Origin: Azolla caroliniana
Lineage: Eukaryota > Plantae > Polypodiophyta
Assembly (NCBI GenBank): GCA_043228905.1
Contig: JBHGNT010000006.1
Location: 14,012,001 to 14,076,000 of the forward strand
Reading direction: 5' to 3'
DNA: 64,000 nucleotides
Part shown: one piece after another, positions 49,043 through 60,959 of the stretch
Layout: every line of letters starts with the position of its first letter
Numbering within the stretch: the stretch's first letter is position 1
Notes under the pieces: generated by a model
What the model saw: only the letters and a program-made list of their open reading frames with translations
Databases searched by the model: none
Told to the model about the DNA's origin: nothing
Translations under genes and position numbers: made by a program

Positions 49043-50900
49043 TCATACATATTATTGACTCAAAGGACATACTATGATATTTTAATCGACATAAGGAGTT
49101 GTGTTACATGCATAACCATAACTTAATCATGAGATGGGTTTTCACAAATTTCCCCAATCTAATGATGATTACATGTGGGTTAAATTTGAACGGAACAAGG
49201 GTATGAATTGAATTACAAATCTATAGTGTGATATAACTAATAAATATGTGATCATTTGTCCATGAAGTAGTCAAGTGTGTGAGTCGTGACCACACTAGGG
49301 GCTAGGGGTTTTGCATATATAAGAATGCTAGTTTCTTTCTTATTAACATGGCTTAACTTATGTTGAGACTATATCAATGTGGCTATGGCTCTTGTTAGCT
49401 AAGCACGTGGGGTCCTCCTAGAACCCAAGGTATTAACTCACATCAACACTCAAAGGTATGTGACATTGAATTCATTTTTTGGTCTATAATTTTTTATGTT
49501 GTTTTTATATAATTAGTTAGACTTTGATAGGGTGGTTGAATACTCTATATGGAATATTTATAATGATAATTTCTAGATTTTAATATCTACATTAACCTTA
49601 ATAAGACTTGAATCGTGATACAATGTTTCCTATTACTTGAAAATATACATAATATACTAGGCATACATTAGGTACGTTCTTTATTTGTATTCTAGAACTA
49701 TATTATTTGCTTGTATGAGGAAATAAGGCATAGTACACCAACGTCTACCTCTCAATTCATGTTTCATTCTATGCTAGCAGGGACGGACTTGTAAATAATT
49801 AGATGTACACGCAAGTAGGCACTAGTCTAATTAATGTTTTGATATTTTAAACCTAGAAACGAATGGCACATTTTAATCAAATAAGTATCCAACAAACACT
49901 ATGGACATTATCCCGAAATAAAACATTAATGTAACCATTCTAAGACCTATGTTTAACAAGAACTCAACTGCTTTTTATTGGAGCTTCAAGGTATTTTTAA
50001 CAAAAAACATTAGAGTCTATTTTATACAAAATTGTAAGGTTTTAGGACTAGGTTTGTCCAAACATATTTTTCTCTTTAATATTGATAAAAAGGACACCTT
50101 GTGATCATGACGAGAGATTGTACATATCTAATAAGAGAGAAACACTTATATGTTGGTTGAAGTATGCTTTTAATATAGAGACAAAGTATTGTGGCTTAGA
50201 CAATGGAGATAAAATTTGCATGGTACATATGTGTGTTGTGTATAAGGTTCAAAACCTAAACATTGTACAAGCAAGTAATATGACATCATATGGACTATAA
50301 ATATTATATGTAGCTTAAGCTTGTGGCGATACGAGCAACAATAAATTGTCCAATGTACATCACGATGGGTGGGCAACCTGATGACCTGCATACATTAGTC
50401 ATGGAGTTTTGAAAGTTCAATATGTGGAACATTGATGTTGCTCTAGACTCTAGAGTCTAAAGTTATGTTGTCCCTAGTCTATTAAAGTGCAAGAATCCAC
50501 GTGAACAAAGCTCAATAAAGAGTTGAATGAAGACATGAGGAAAGTTGGAAAAAGAAAAATCATTATATCAACTGACGAAGGTACACTTTAGACTATTTGA
50601 AACCACTGTTTGGAAAATAAGGTGGCCCACTCACTAAAACATTGATCCATTGTTTTTTGAAACGTGTTGGTTCAACATATTCGTAAAAAGAGACAAAAAT
50701 GTGTAAATTATTTACTAAGTTCCAATAAAATTGTGGGTAAGTATTTCCATTACATTTATTTACTACAACACTCACATATTCGAATTTGCTGGTCGGACAT
50801 ATACAAAGTTCTACTAAATATAGAAATGGAATTTCTACTAAATTACCATATATTTGTGTTTCTTTCTTCGATTTTATCTAATGTTGCACACAGAACAATA

Positions 50901-51235
50901 ATATTGTGGTGTCCCTTTGGTGCAAGCGCATGCCTTCATGTTGTGGTGTACATGTGTTCCTTTGTGCCACCCTTTTAGCACACGCATGTAACTAAGCCAA
51001 CCCAAATGGATACCTTTGAATCTATTATAAATTGAGCAAGAAGTAAGAAGCTAAGCAAGTTGGTTTTGATTATCTTTATGTGCATTTCACATGGTGTCCC
51101 TTTGGTGCAAGTGCATGCCTTCATGTTGTGGTGTGCATGCGTGCAAGAAAGGGTGTGCTAAAAGGGTGGCACAAAGGAACACATGTACACCACAACATGA
51201 AGTCATGCACTTGCACCAGAGGGACACCCCAATAT
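50901..51235. mobile_element. MITE-like foldback element with ~83-bp inverted arms
   Basis: 50901-50983 is the reverse complement of 51153-51235 with few mismatches; a third partial direct copy lies at ~51091-51138. Confidence 0.7.
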
Positions 51236-52082
51236 CAAATACCATTTATTAAAAGAAATATTTTCCCAAACACAATTTGACTTAGACATACATAAGAAGT
51301 CATCTTTTGATTATATAAATATTTTTTCACAAATTCTTATACTTGTATTGGTTTTCTTGTAAATCCAATTATTTAACAAAAGTCATACTTGATGGATGGT
51401 ATTGGAAACTTTCCCGAAAGCACAAGTATAAAGACACATAAAGAATGAGCATCAATTTATGGCCATGAATGAAGCTCCACCAAATTTGTTTCATCTCAAA
51501 ATAATGTATAACCTTTTCTAAATCCCTATATATGTGTGACCTTCTCTCCTATTTAACACAAATGGCCTCTCAAAGTGAGGTATTGTCTCCCTCAAAGTGG
51601 GGTTCCTTGCAAAACCCAAAATTCCAACACCTTACATATTTCATGCAAAACATGACCATGTTGTAAGGAGAAACTTTTTTATTGCGATTAAAAGTGAGAG
51701 ACAATGATGGCATATCAATGCTCAATGTTGTCCAACATGATACTTGAGATAATTAATGGGCGCATCACCAGATTTCCCAATATTATTCTCACTGAAGAGC
51801 GTTTACCTACAAGGTTTTGATGGGATTTGATGTCTTAGAGATGGTATGATAGTTGTAGTGAAACCATCTTGTCGTAAGATATTGACTAATGTAGTACGGA
51901 CAACAAGGCTTTTGGTATTTGTTTCCTGTTTATATATATATACACTAATTCTATTAAAACATAAACTAATTTATTGTCATCCTCGAATGTCTAGTATGGC
52001 TTATCAAGCTAAAAGTGAAACATTTTATGTGATATGTATGAAATTGAGTAGTAATTCTCAATGTTGAACGTAAACCAAAGCG

Positions 52083-54378
52083 TGAAAATAATTGCATGCG
52101 GAAACGTAGACAAACCGGCTCTACCGGATACCAACAAAAGAACAGAGACAAGGTTTAATGGAAGCTTGAAAACAAATAGAGAATACACAGGAGAGACAGA
52201 GAGCACAGAATAGCGTTAACTCAAGTTCAAAATATCACTCTATACATACAATGTGCTCAGTAGGCACTTTTATACAAATCCTTAAACGGATTGACAAGTA
52301 CTTCAATGCTCATACGAGCGATTGATACTAACTCCAAGGAATATGATTACGTACTGGGCTCTTGGTTCCGGATACTAATGCGGATACCTATCCGGTTCTT
52401 CGTTCCGGATACCGATCCGGCTCTGGCTTATTGAGTTGTTTTGGATCCGGTTGAGCTTGACCTCTCAACACTCCCCCTCAAGCTCAACTTGAGGACAGAT
52501 CGTTGTGTTAGTGTCTGCTGGTCCTTGTAGTCGGCTTCTTTTGGCATCTTCTCGCCTTGCTCGCGCCCCTTGACCCATCTGGTTTCGCTTTCCATGACCC
52601 GTCTGATCCCACGCACCTGGACCTTTTCGGTCGGCTTGTGTGCTCATAAAGCTCATCTCAAATCCTTCGTTGTTGCGACTCCGGCGCTTCTCGACCCGTC
52701 GGTTCCTTCGTGTTGGTGTCGACTTCCGCTACCTCCTCGTCCGTTTGTCCTTTAGTTGATTTCGGCTCCTCCGAATCGAACGCCACTTCCAAAATAGGTA
52801 CATCCAACACGTTCCGGCTCTTGTTCGAATTGGCTGTCTCCAATTTGTCTTGATCCTTCAGGCCCTTCACCACGTCGGACCATGTCTGGGTCTTGGCCTT
52901 CTTCCTCCAATCGGCTCCGTCCTTGTTGACTCTGTTGCCATCGCCGCTTGTTCCGACTTTATCATATGTGCCGACTTCTTCAGTCGTTTCGGCTCTCTTT
53001 TTCTTCTTGTCTCCCCCTGTTTCGGTTTCCTTCTCTCTGGCTCCTTGTCTGGCCTTACCAGATCCAGATTAATCTGAATCGGTGCGCTTCTTCCAGAACT
53101 CGCTTTCCCGGTGACCCTTCTTGCCACAATACCAACATTCCATGTCGGCACCATCTCTGTGCCTCTGATTCTGCTCTTGCCGGCCGCCACCATTGCGTGC
53201 CGACCCACCTCGTCCTCCATGCCCACAGGGCCGATCTGCCTCCGTGTACAACATCTGGTTGTCCGGTTGAGTGGTCCTCGACCCACTTGCGTGGTTTTCT
53301 TCGACCATCAACATTGATTGCAAGTTGAAGAGGACGATGGCTTCTCCCGGGTGCAAATCGTCGTCCAGATTGGCTCGTACTGTTGTGCTAAACCACCGAG
53401 GTAGATCTGGACCATCTTGTCTTCGTCCACTGACACATTCATGGAGTCGAACGCGTCGCAAATCTCCTTTATCTTGATGGTGTAGTCGGTAACCGATATA
53501 TCTCGTTGTCGGATGTTGTTGAGCTCTTGTTGAAGCTGCAACTTCCGAGCCGTCGTGCTTGCTACGAAAATCATTTTCAGATTCTCCTAAGCTTTTTTTG
53601 ACATTTTTGCATCCTTGATGTAGCCAAGCAGCTGGTCGTGCACACAGGACTGGAGGCAATACAACACTTGGCTTGCTCCTTACTCCAATGCCGGGAAGTC
53701 TTTGTGTGCCGAATCTGGCGCTACAACATTTGCTCCTTCTATGTAGCTCTAGTATTTGTGCCCCAACAAGTACTGGCGCATTTTATACGACCAAGACGCA
53801 TAGTTGCTTCGGTCGAGCTTTTCTTTAGGAAGCGATCTCGCCATGCTTCTATCCATATCTTTCTTCTCTCTTTTGTTCTTTACCGCTGATTAGGGTTTGT
53901 TCGTTTTGAGCAGGTGTCGGCAGTAGAGGTTCTCAACCCTCACACCCTGATACCATGAAAAGAATTGTGTGCAGAAGCATAGACAAACTAGCTCTGCGGG
54001 ATACCAATAGAAGAACATAGACAAGGTTTAATGGAAGTTTGAAAACGCACAGAGAATACACAAGAAAGACAGAGAGAGCATAATAGCATTAACTCAATTT
54101 CAAAATATCACTCTATACATACAACGTGCTCAGTGAGCACTTTTATACAAGTCCTTAAAAGGACTGACAGAAGTATTGACAAGTTCTTCAATGCTCATAT
54201 GAGCGTCTGACACTAACTCCAAGGAATATGCCTACGTACTAGGCTAGGATTGTAAGCCTCTAATGGCCTACCGGTTATAATCCATTCCGTCTCTCGGATC
54301 CGGCTCTTGGTTTCGGATACTGATCCGGCTCCAGCTTATTCAGCCATTCCGGATCCGGTTGAACTTGTCCGCTCAACA
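52083..54378 (-). mobile_element. non-autonomous copia mini-element H (LTR-gag-tail-LTR, TR-GAG-like)
   Basis: LTRs 52083-52470 and 53956-54378; TSD AAGCG/AAGCA; PBS ending 53955; PPT from 52471; no PR, INT, RT or RNaseH. Confidence 0.9.
52658..53856 (-). pseudogene. copia gag fused to the family C-terminal tail
   Basis: gag fragments (53308-53574, 53069-53659 with CWYCGKKGH) continue in frame, past one TAA, into KKAKTQTWSDVVKGLKDQDKLETANS. Confidence 0.8.
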
Positions 54379-55624
54379 AAGCACATGTTGTGACTATGAA
54401 AGGAATGTAATGTGCCAAAGGCAAAATCAAGCAATGTGACAATGTTGTATTGTGTAAAGTGCGAGACTAAAACTTTTGAATTTGTTCAAGGAAAAATACG
54501 CATAGTCGATGAGTATCCTCACCTTTGCTTTGTCTCAACATTGAAGAGAATGTGAGTTGAGTCAAAGAAATTGTATGGATGTAGAACAAAAGGATGGGCT
54601 CTAACATGTATCAATAAATGCATCTTTCCGATACAAAGAAGAAGATGGTGGTTGTAATTTGATGCAACTTATGTGATACAATGTCATGTGTGAGGCTCAA
54701 TATCTTTCCTAGTTCGTGATACACAAGAGTTGCAAGAAAGCCTCATTTATGGAGGAATGTATTTAGACATCATGAAGCAAATGTGATGCATGAGAGATAG
54801 ATAGATAGATTGTATTATCATTTTTGGGGGTCAAATATGACCTATGAGACAACATATGTTGTTCTCATGTACCAAATGTGAAAATGAGTAGTGACTCTCA
54901 AATTATGTTAAAGAAGTTTACTACTGAATGTTGCAATTGAGAATGCACAATATGATTGTGACAAAAATTCATGCAAGTATTGGGTTTCTTTGAACATGTG
55001 TGAAAAACATAGTCGTATGTGATCAAAGGCAGAGCATTGTATCAAAGTTCAATACTTTGAATCCTAAACTTGCTTAGGAAAAAGTGTACAAAGTCAATTA
55101 TTCTTATCACTTTTGACCCAATGCCCTAAGTCACATCATAGTGAGTGTGAGTTAAGTTGCATGGAAGCAATGGTTTCGATGATAGACGAAAGGATGGGCT
55201 CTAGCATGTATTGATGTGTGTTGTTTCCCTGTTCAACAAAGAACATGGTTTTGTAGTTAGCCTCCACAATTTCCCAATGTCATCATATAGTGGCATTGCA
55301 AAATGGCCTCATTTACAGAGGAATTTGTTGATGCATCATGAAGCAACTGTATCGCATCCCATCTTTTCTATATCTTGCATTCAATCTATATCGCATCCCA
55401 TCATGAAGCTCAACTAGGTTTAGTTATTTAGTCAACCATGTAACTTAGTAGTTACATAATTAGAATCTAGTTAGAAGTGTTGACCGGATCAATTTTTCAT
55501 CTTGGGAGTACAAGATGAACCAATACCTAGTCGGCCAAGTGTATTGGAGCACTCAAAAACAAACCCGACATCACAAACATGAACTAGCCAACGTGGGAGC
55601 AAGGAGCAAGGAGCACGTCGAGTA

Positions 55625-55969
55625 ATGTATTGCTTGGCAACATGTGTCCACGATCACATGCTTAGCCACCTTCGAGATGCCAAGATGCCTAAAGAAGCAT
55701 GGGAGAACTTGAAGAAAATCTTCGCCGCCAACACGATCGACCACAAGCTTAAACTCCGGCAAGAGTTGAACAACATTCAACAAAAGGATATGTCTGTGTC
55801 GGACTACACCGCCAAGATCAAGAACATTTGCGACTCACTTAGCTCCATCAAAATAAACATTGAAGATGATGAAATGGTGCAAGTGTGCTTGGGCGGCCTC
55901 CCACAACGATTCAACCTGACAAGGACGACTATTTTAGTGAGAGAAAACCCTCCTTCATTCTTCGACCTT
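55625..55969 (+). pseudogene. copia gag remnant
   Basis: KEAWENLKKIFAANTIDHKLKLRQELNNI, cut by an LTR at 55970. Confidence 0.82.
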
Positions 55970-56751
55970 TGAAAACAATAGTGTGTGGAAGTGTAGACAA
56001 GTCGGCTTAGCCGGATAACAAAAGAACACAGAAAACAGAGATGAAGATTTAATGGAAACCTTAACACACATACCCATGAGAGAAAGAGAGTAGAACCAAA
56101 ACTTGATTTCGAAATAATAGTCTGTACATAGAATGTGCTCAAAGAGCAGTTTTATACACATCCTTACATGGATTGACACAAGTACCAGAAGTACTTGGAT
56201 GCTCATAAATGAGCCTCAACACTAACTCCAAGGAATATGCCTACGTGCTAGGCTCAGACCGTAGGCCTCTAACGGCTTACTGGTTCACACTATTTCGGAG
56301 TATGATCTTGTTCTCCGGTTTCGGATACCAATCCGGCTCCTCTCTCAGGATTCGATTCGGACATCGATCCAGCTCTGGCTTATTCAACCGATCTGGATCT
56401 GGTTGAGCTTGTCTGCTCAACACTCCCCCTCAAGCTCAACTTGAGGTCGGATCATTGTGCATGTGTCCCCCGGTCCTCTTCTCCGGCTCCTCCTAGCGTC
56501 TTCCAGCCTGGCCCACATTCCTCATCCGATCCAGTTACTCTTCCCACGACCCATCCGGTTCTGCACACCTCGACCTTCTCAGTCGGTTTGTCTATTCCCT
56601 TGGCCCTTGTCAGCTTCCTCGTTGTCACGATTCTAGCGCTTCTCGGCCCGTCAGCTCCTCCATGCTGGTGTTGACTTCCGGTGCCCTCAACCATTTGGCC
56701 AATCGATTCAATTCCTCCAAATCGAATCATTCGAATGAACCGGCTGATTCC
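55970..56751 (-). mobile_element. copia element I: 3' LTR (55970-56422), PPT and tail region, cut by gypsy Gy3
   Basis: TGAAAAC...CTCAACA followed by CTCCCCCTCAAGCTCAAC, as in A2, G and H. Confidence 0.85.
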
Positions 56752-57687
56752 TGTTAACCGTTTCTGGAGGAAACACCTTCGATGAGCCCATAGGCTATCA
56801 CTATCAAGGGGTCGTATTATGTGGAGGCTTCTTCTACACCGAGAATATGTTAGGGGAATGGGGAGTGTACACTAGCCACAACCTGGTAGACGTAGACGTA
56901 GCTCGGTTTACGAGTACAGGGAGAATACACAGATGAAGGAACAGTAAGAGCGAGATTTATATTAAATGAGAAAGCTCACAGTGATTACACTACACAGCTC
57001 TCGGCCGGAAACAATTTTGTGTAGAGCTCTGTGCTACGATATTAATCTTGCTAAATAATCTATGTATCCTCTCCCTCCTCTCAAGGTATCCAGATCTCGG
57101 TTTATATAGTTTTCTTCTTTAGACAGAGCCGAGCCATTGGCTGATTGTGAGGGCTCAAAAACTCGACTATTTTAGTTCTACCTATTTCCTCACCTACTTT
57201 TCTACCTACCGATGAGTTTACATATTTTGTATTTATATTTCTGGCGTATGGACAACACCTGGCACGCCCGTGGGACAGGACTTTGTCCGTCGGACCCACG
57301 ATTCACAAAGTGGAGGGATAACAACGGATTTTGCCAAAAAACAATTTTACAAAATTGCCCTTTTATACAAGGGGCTTACGGGTTTGTTTTAATCCTGTTC
57401 TAATATACCGAGGATATCCTCGGGGGTGTGGGGTTGGTCAACTTGTACGGAAGGCGGGGTTGGTAATGGGGGTTTTGCTGCCGAGTCCAGGTGGTTGTGT
57501 CTTCGCGTGCGCCGCCCTCTGTTGGTTCCGATTCAGGTAGGGTTGCGGTTGTAGATTGTTGCTCGGTTGTGGTGTGGGTGTCTGTAAGGGCGGGTTCCTC
57601 CTGTCTGGCTTCCGTGGTGGTTGTTGTTGTTGGCTCTGGTTCGTGGTCATTGGTCATGGGAGCTCTGTTAGTCATGGTAGCTAGGCG

Positions 57688-60599
57688 TTACTCCTCGTAA
57701 GTTTCGGCTTCTAAACGGAACATCATTTGATCGTCGTTGAATTCCACTAGAAGTTGCTCGATTGCCACGGTGTGAGATTCTGCTAAGGTATGATATTCAC
57801 TAGGCAAGTCTTCACGGAGGATCTGGATGCTAGTGTCATCAATCTTGTAGAACCCTCAGCCCTCCTTCCTTCGGTTCTCGGCGTCCGTGCGTAATATGTG
57901 TAGTTCAGTGGCCTGGGCTGACCATTCCTGCCATACACAGTCGAGCGTTTCCTCGATCTTCTTGGTGAGTTGCTGGTGATATTCGTTGATCTAGATCTTT
58001 ATTTTAGTATTGTCCATGCCGATGCTAGCTCGGTGAACTTCCACTTCCTCCCTTGCGGCCTTGGCATCTTCTTGGCATTTGCGGACGAGGAGCTCCAGAG
58101 TAGCTTGGTTATCCTTTGCTTTTGCGGTTACGAGCACGATTGTCTGCTCGTAACGTTTGGTGAGCTGAGCTACAGTTTCATCCACTTCCTTTCTCCAAGC
58201 GTCCTGTTGTCATTCCTTGGCGGCGATGTCCTCTGTTTGCAACTGGTGATAAGCATAGGAAATTTGCGCCTGTTTCTTTTCAGAGATCCTCCACTTTTGC
58301 ATGTGTTGCTTTGCCAATTCTTGTAGTTCCCTTTGTTGACGGCGTATTTCTTGGTTGTCTGCGAATAGCTCGCGTTCCCGTTGGCTATTCCTCTCTGCTT
58401 CGTTGATGAATCATTCTTTGGCCTTGGTGATATCGACATGAAGGTTCATCACCTCTCTTTCTTGTGCTTTGAGTGCGGCCGAGCTTTTAGCAAGCAGTCG
58501 CTTGAGGTCAGCTTCACGGCTCGCGGCCCGTTGGCCAATAGTGTTGTTGTGGTTTTGTTCTGCTAACTCAGCCCGAGCAATCTGGGCCTTGAGCTCATCT
58601 TGGTGGTCATAGAGGGGAGGCCCTGTTTGGGTGGCAGCTTGTTGGTTTCGGGGATGGGGTTCCCTGTCCGTCTGTGTAGATCTTTCCATGACGACAGGCG
58701 GTCGTGGCGTTTGCGTAGTAGCGTGGCTAGTTTGGGGGTGTAGGCTTTTATCTTCTAATGACGATGTCTCGCTTGTCTGTACCGAATCCGTCATTGTGCT
58801 CGCATCGATTGTGGCTACCCTGGGGTGAGTTGTGTCCTCGTTGTGTGCTTCGGTAACAGTAGCACTTAGGCTCGGGTTCGGAAGAGGGGCTGGTGAGACA
58901 TCGTTACTCGGGGCAGGGAGTCTTAAGGGTAGGTGTTCTCGATGTTGTTGCTCCAATGACGCCAGTTTCTTCTCGGCGGCTTGCCATAGCTCGGTGGCCC
59001 GTTTGACTTGTTGCTGTGTCGTTTTGATACGTCGGGCCATGTCCTTGGCTGCCCGAGTTGTGTGGTGCAAATTTCAATATGCCTCGACTAAGGCCATGTT
59101 TAGATCTGGTAGCTCCATGAGGAGGGAAGCATTATGTGCTTGCTTCTTCCAACCTATCTTCTATAAGCGTCGATCCTCTTGAGGCTCGACTTCTCCCATT
59201 AGTGCGCGTTGGATCATCTTTGTTTCCGCGTGCTCCTCGGCCATACGAGCGGCGGTAGCTACTTGGGCGCGCACGGGGAAATCCATTAACTCATATGTTG
59301 TGCCCAGTTGAAGTACCGCACTGAACTCGTATGCCTCCATGGGGAGGTCTTTGTAACCGAGGACTTCCTCCTCTGATATCTGCATGCTTTGTCCATGCTC
59401 GATCCTACCTACTTGGAGCCATGACTCTACTGGTGCCATGGCCGTGGAGGTCGGGCTGGCCTCCTTTGATTTCTGACACTGGGTCCACTCGGTTTTTGTG
59501 GTCAACTCGCGATTGATGCGTCGTCTCGTTTTCGGCTGATCCTGTGAGTATGGGGCCTATGGTGTTGGCTCCTCAGCTTGTTTCCTCTTTTGTTGCCGTA
59601 TGCCCGAGGGCTGCTGGTTTGTAGGGCGTGGGCTCGGTTGTGGAGAGGGCATTGATGTCCTTGGTGTCTTCTGTCATATGGTGACATCCTCAGTGATGGG
59701 CTCCTCAGCCTCATCCCATTCAACACGGGTCACCGGTAACACCTGTTGCTTCTGTGTTTTTGGTGGGGGTGGTGCCGAGGTGGGAGTAGGATTCCGAACG
59801 GCCAAGGGAGGTGGAGAGGGCGAGGGGTCTTCCCATTCTTCCTGGGTTAATGCCAAAATCTTCTCCCATTGTTTCCGTGGTGGTGGTGGAGAGGTAAGGA
59901 TGCGACGAGGGGAAAACGAAGGAGGTGGGTAGAGGACTATGAGGTAATGATTCATCACAGGTAGCAATCGCTTACCGGATTGAAAAGACTCAAGTGTTGT
60001 ATGGTCTCCTTCGTCAGTGATGATTCCCCAATCGACTTTGTCGCCTTCGTACGCTCTGATGATGATGGCAGCCTTATTCTGTGGCATACTCGTGGGATTT
60101 GTATGCACAAAGGCGTATTCCATCAAAATTTGGGCGATCTCCTCAAAAGACTTGTTTGGTCCTCCATAAGTGCATTAAGCTTTTCCCGACATCGAATACA
60201 TCCCAAAGTATTCCTTGAGGGTCGTGTGAGGAGGAATCTCGACTTCATGTTCTCCGCCTCCTGTAAGGTCCGGAGCAGCATGAATCATGTTGTTGGTTAC
60301 TGTGTCAGGGTGGATTCTGCGTGCTATCGCTTGGGCGTTAGGGTGCGTTTGGGCGTCGATGACCCATAAGTAGCCGCCCAATCCTCGTTGTTGTAGCCAA
60401 GAACAGGTTTCCTACGATGCTGAGAGAGGCATGGTGGACTCGAAGGTTTGCTGACAGGGAGAGTGGGGGGAAGCGATGAGACGAGGGCAAGACAGAGAGA
60501 TGGAAGAAGATTGTTGAGGAGGACACCATTGTTCTGTGCAAGGGCTACGAGGGCGAGAGAAGGCCTCTTTGCAGGAGCGATGAGAATGAGAGAGAGCAT
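57688..60599 (-). pseudogene. extra ORF downstream of pol (Pro-rich and coiled-coil; env-like/accessory), degraded
   Basis: Sense-strand fragments 60324-60599, 60175-60381, 59674-60126, 59161-59505, 58411-59070 and 57991-58185. Confidence 0.6.
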
Positions 60600-60959
60600 G
60601 GGAGCTTGAAGGTTGTGAAGGCAAGAAAGCTTATGTGTGAGTGGGTGCGTTGTGTGTGGGGTAGTTTCTTTTATGTGACCGCCTAGGGTTTTGTGCAGGG
60701 AGAAGATCCTTTAGATTCTTGGTTGTGGCTGCCATAATAACGTATTATGGCCATGCATCACAGGAGTGCTATGCCTTGTGAGGTGTGCATGTTCCTTAAA
60801 TATTCTATTTTAATGTGAAGGTGACTAGTTTGTGCGCCTAAAAAAAAATGTCGTGATTTGGGGTGATTTGTTAGGTAGTTTAGGTAAGGTTAATTTAAAT
60901 GCTAAAAATATTCCTAATGTATAATTTTGGTGGGTAGGTCATTATTTTACCGATGGGGT

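Noticed and set aside
47500-52080. Possible host gene exons in the AT-rich region (e.g. AAG|GTAC at 50580)
   Set aside because: There is no coherent ORF or recognisable domain. A host intron cannot be excluded without RNA-seq.
54379-55500. Cys-rich short frames that might be a decayed DNA transposase
   Set aside because: The sequence is too degenerate to assign by eye.
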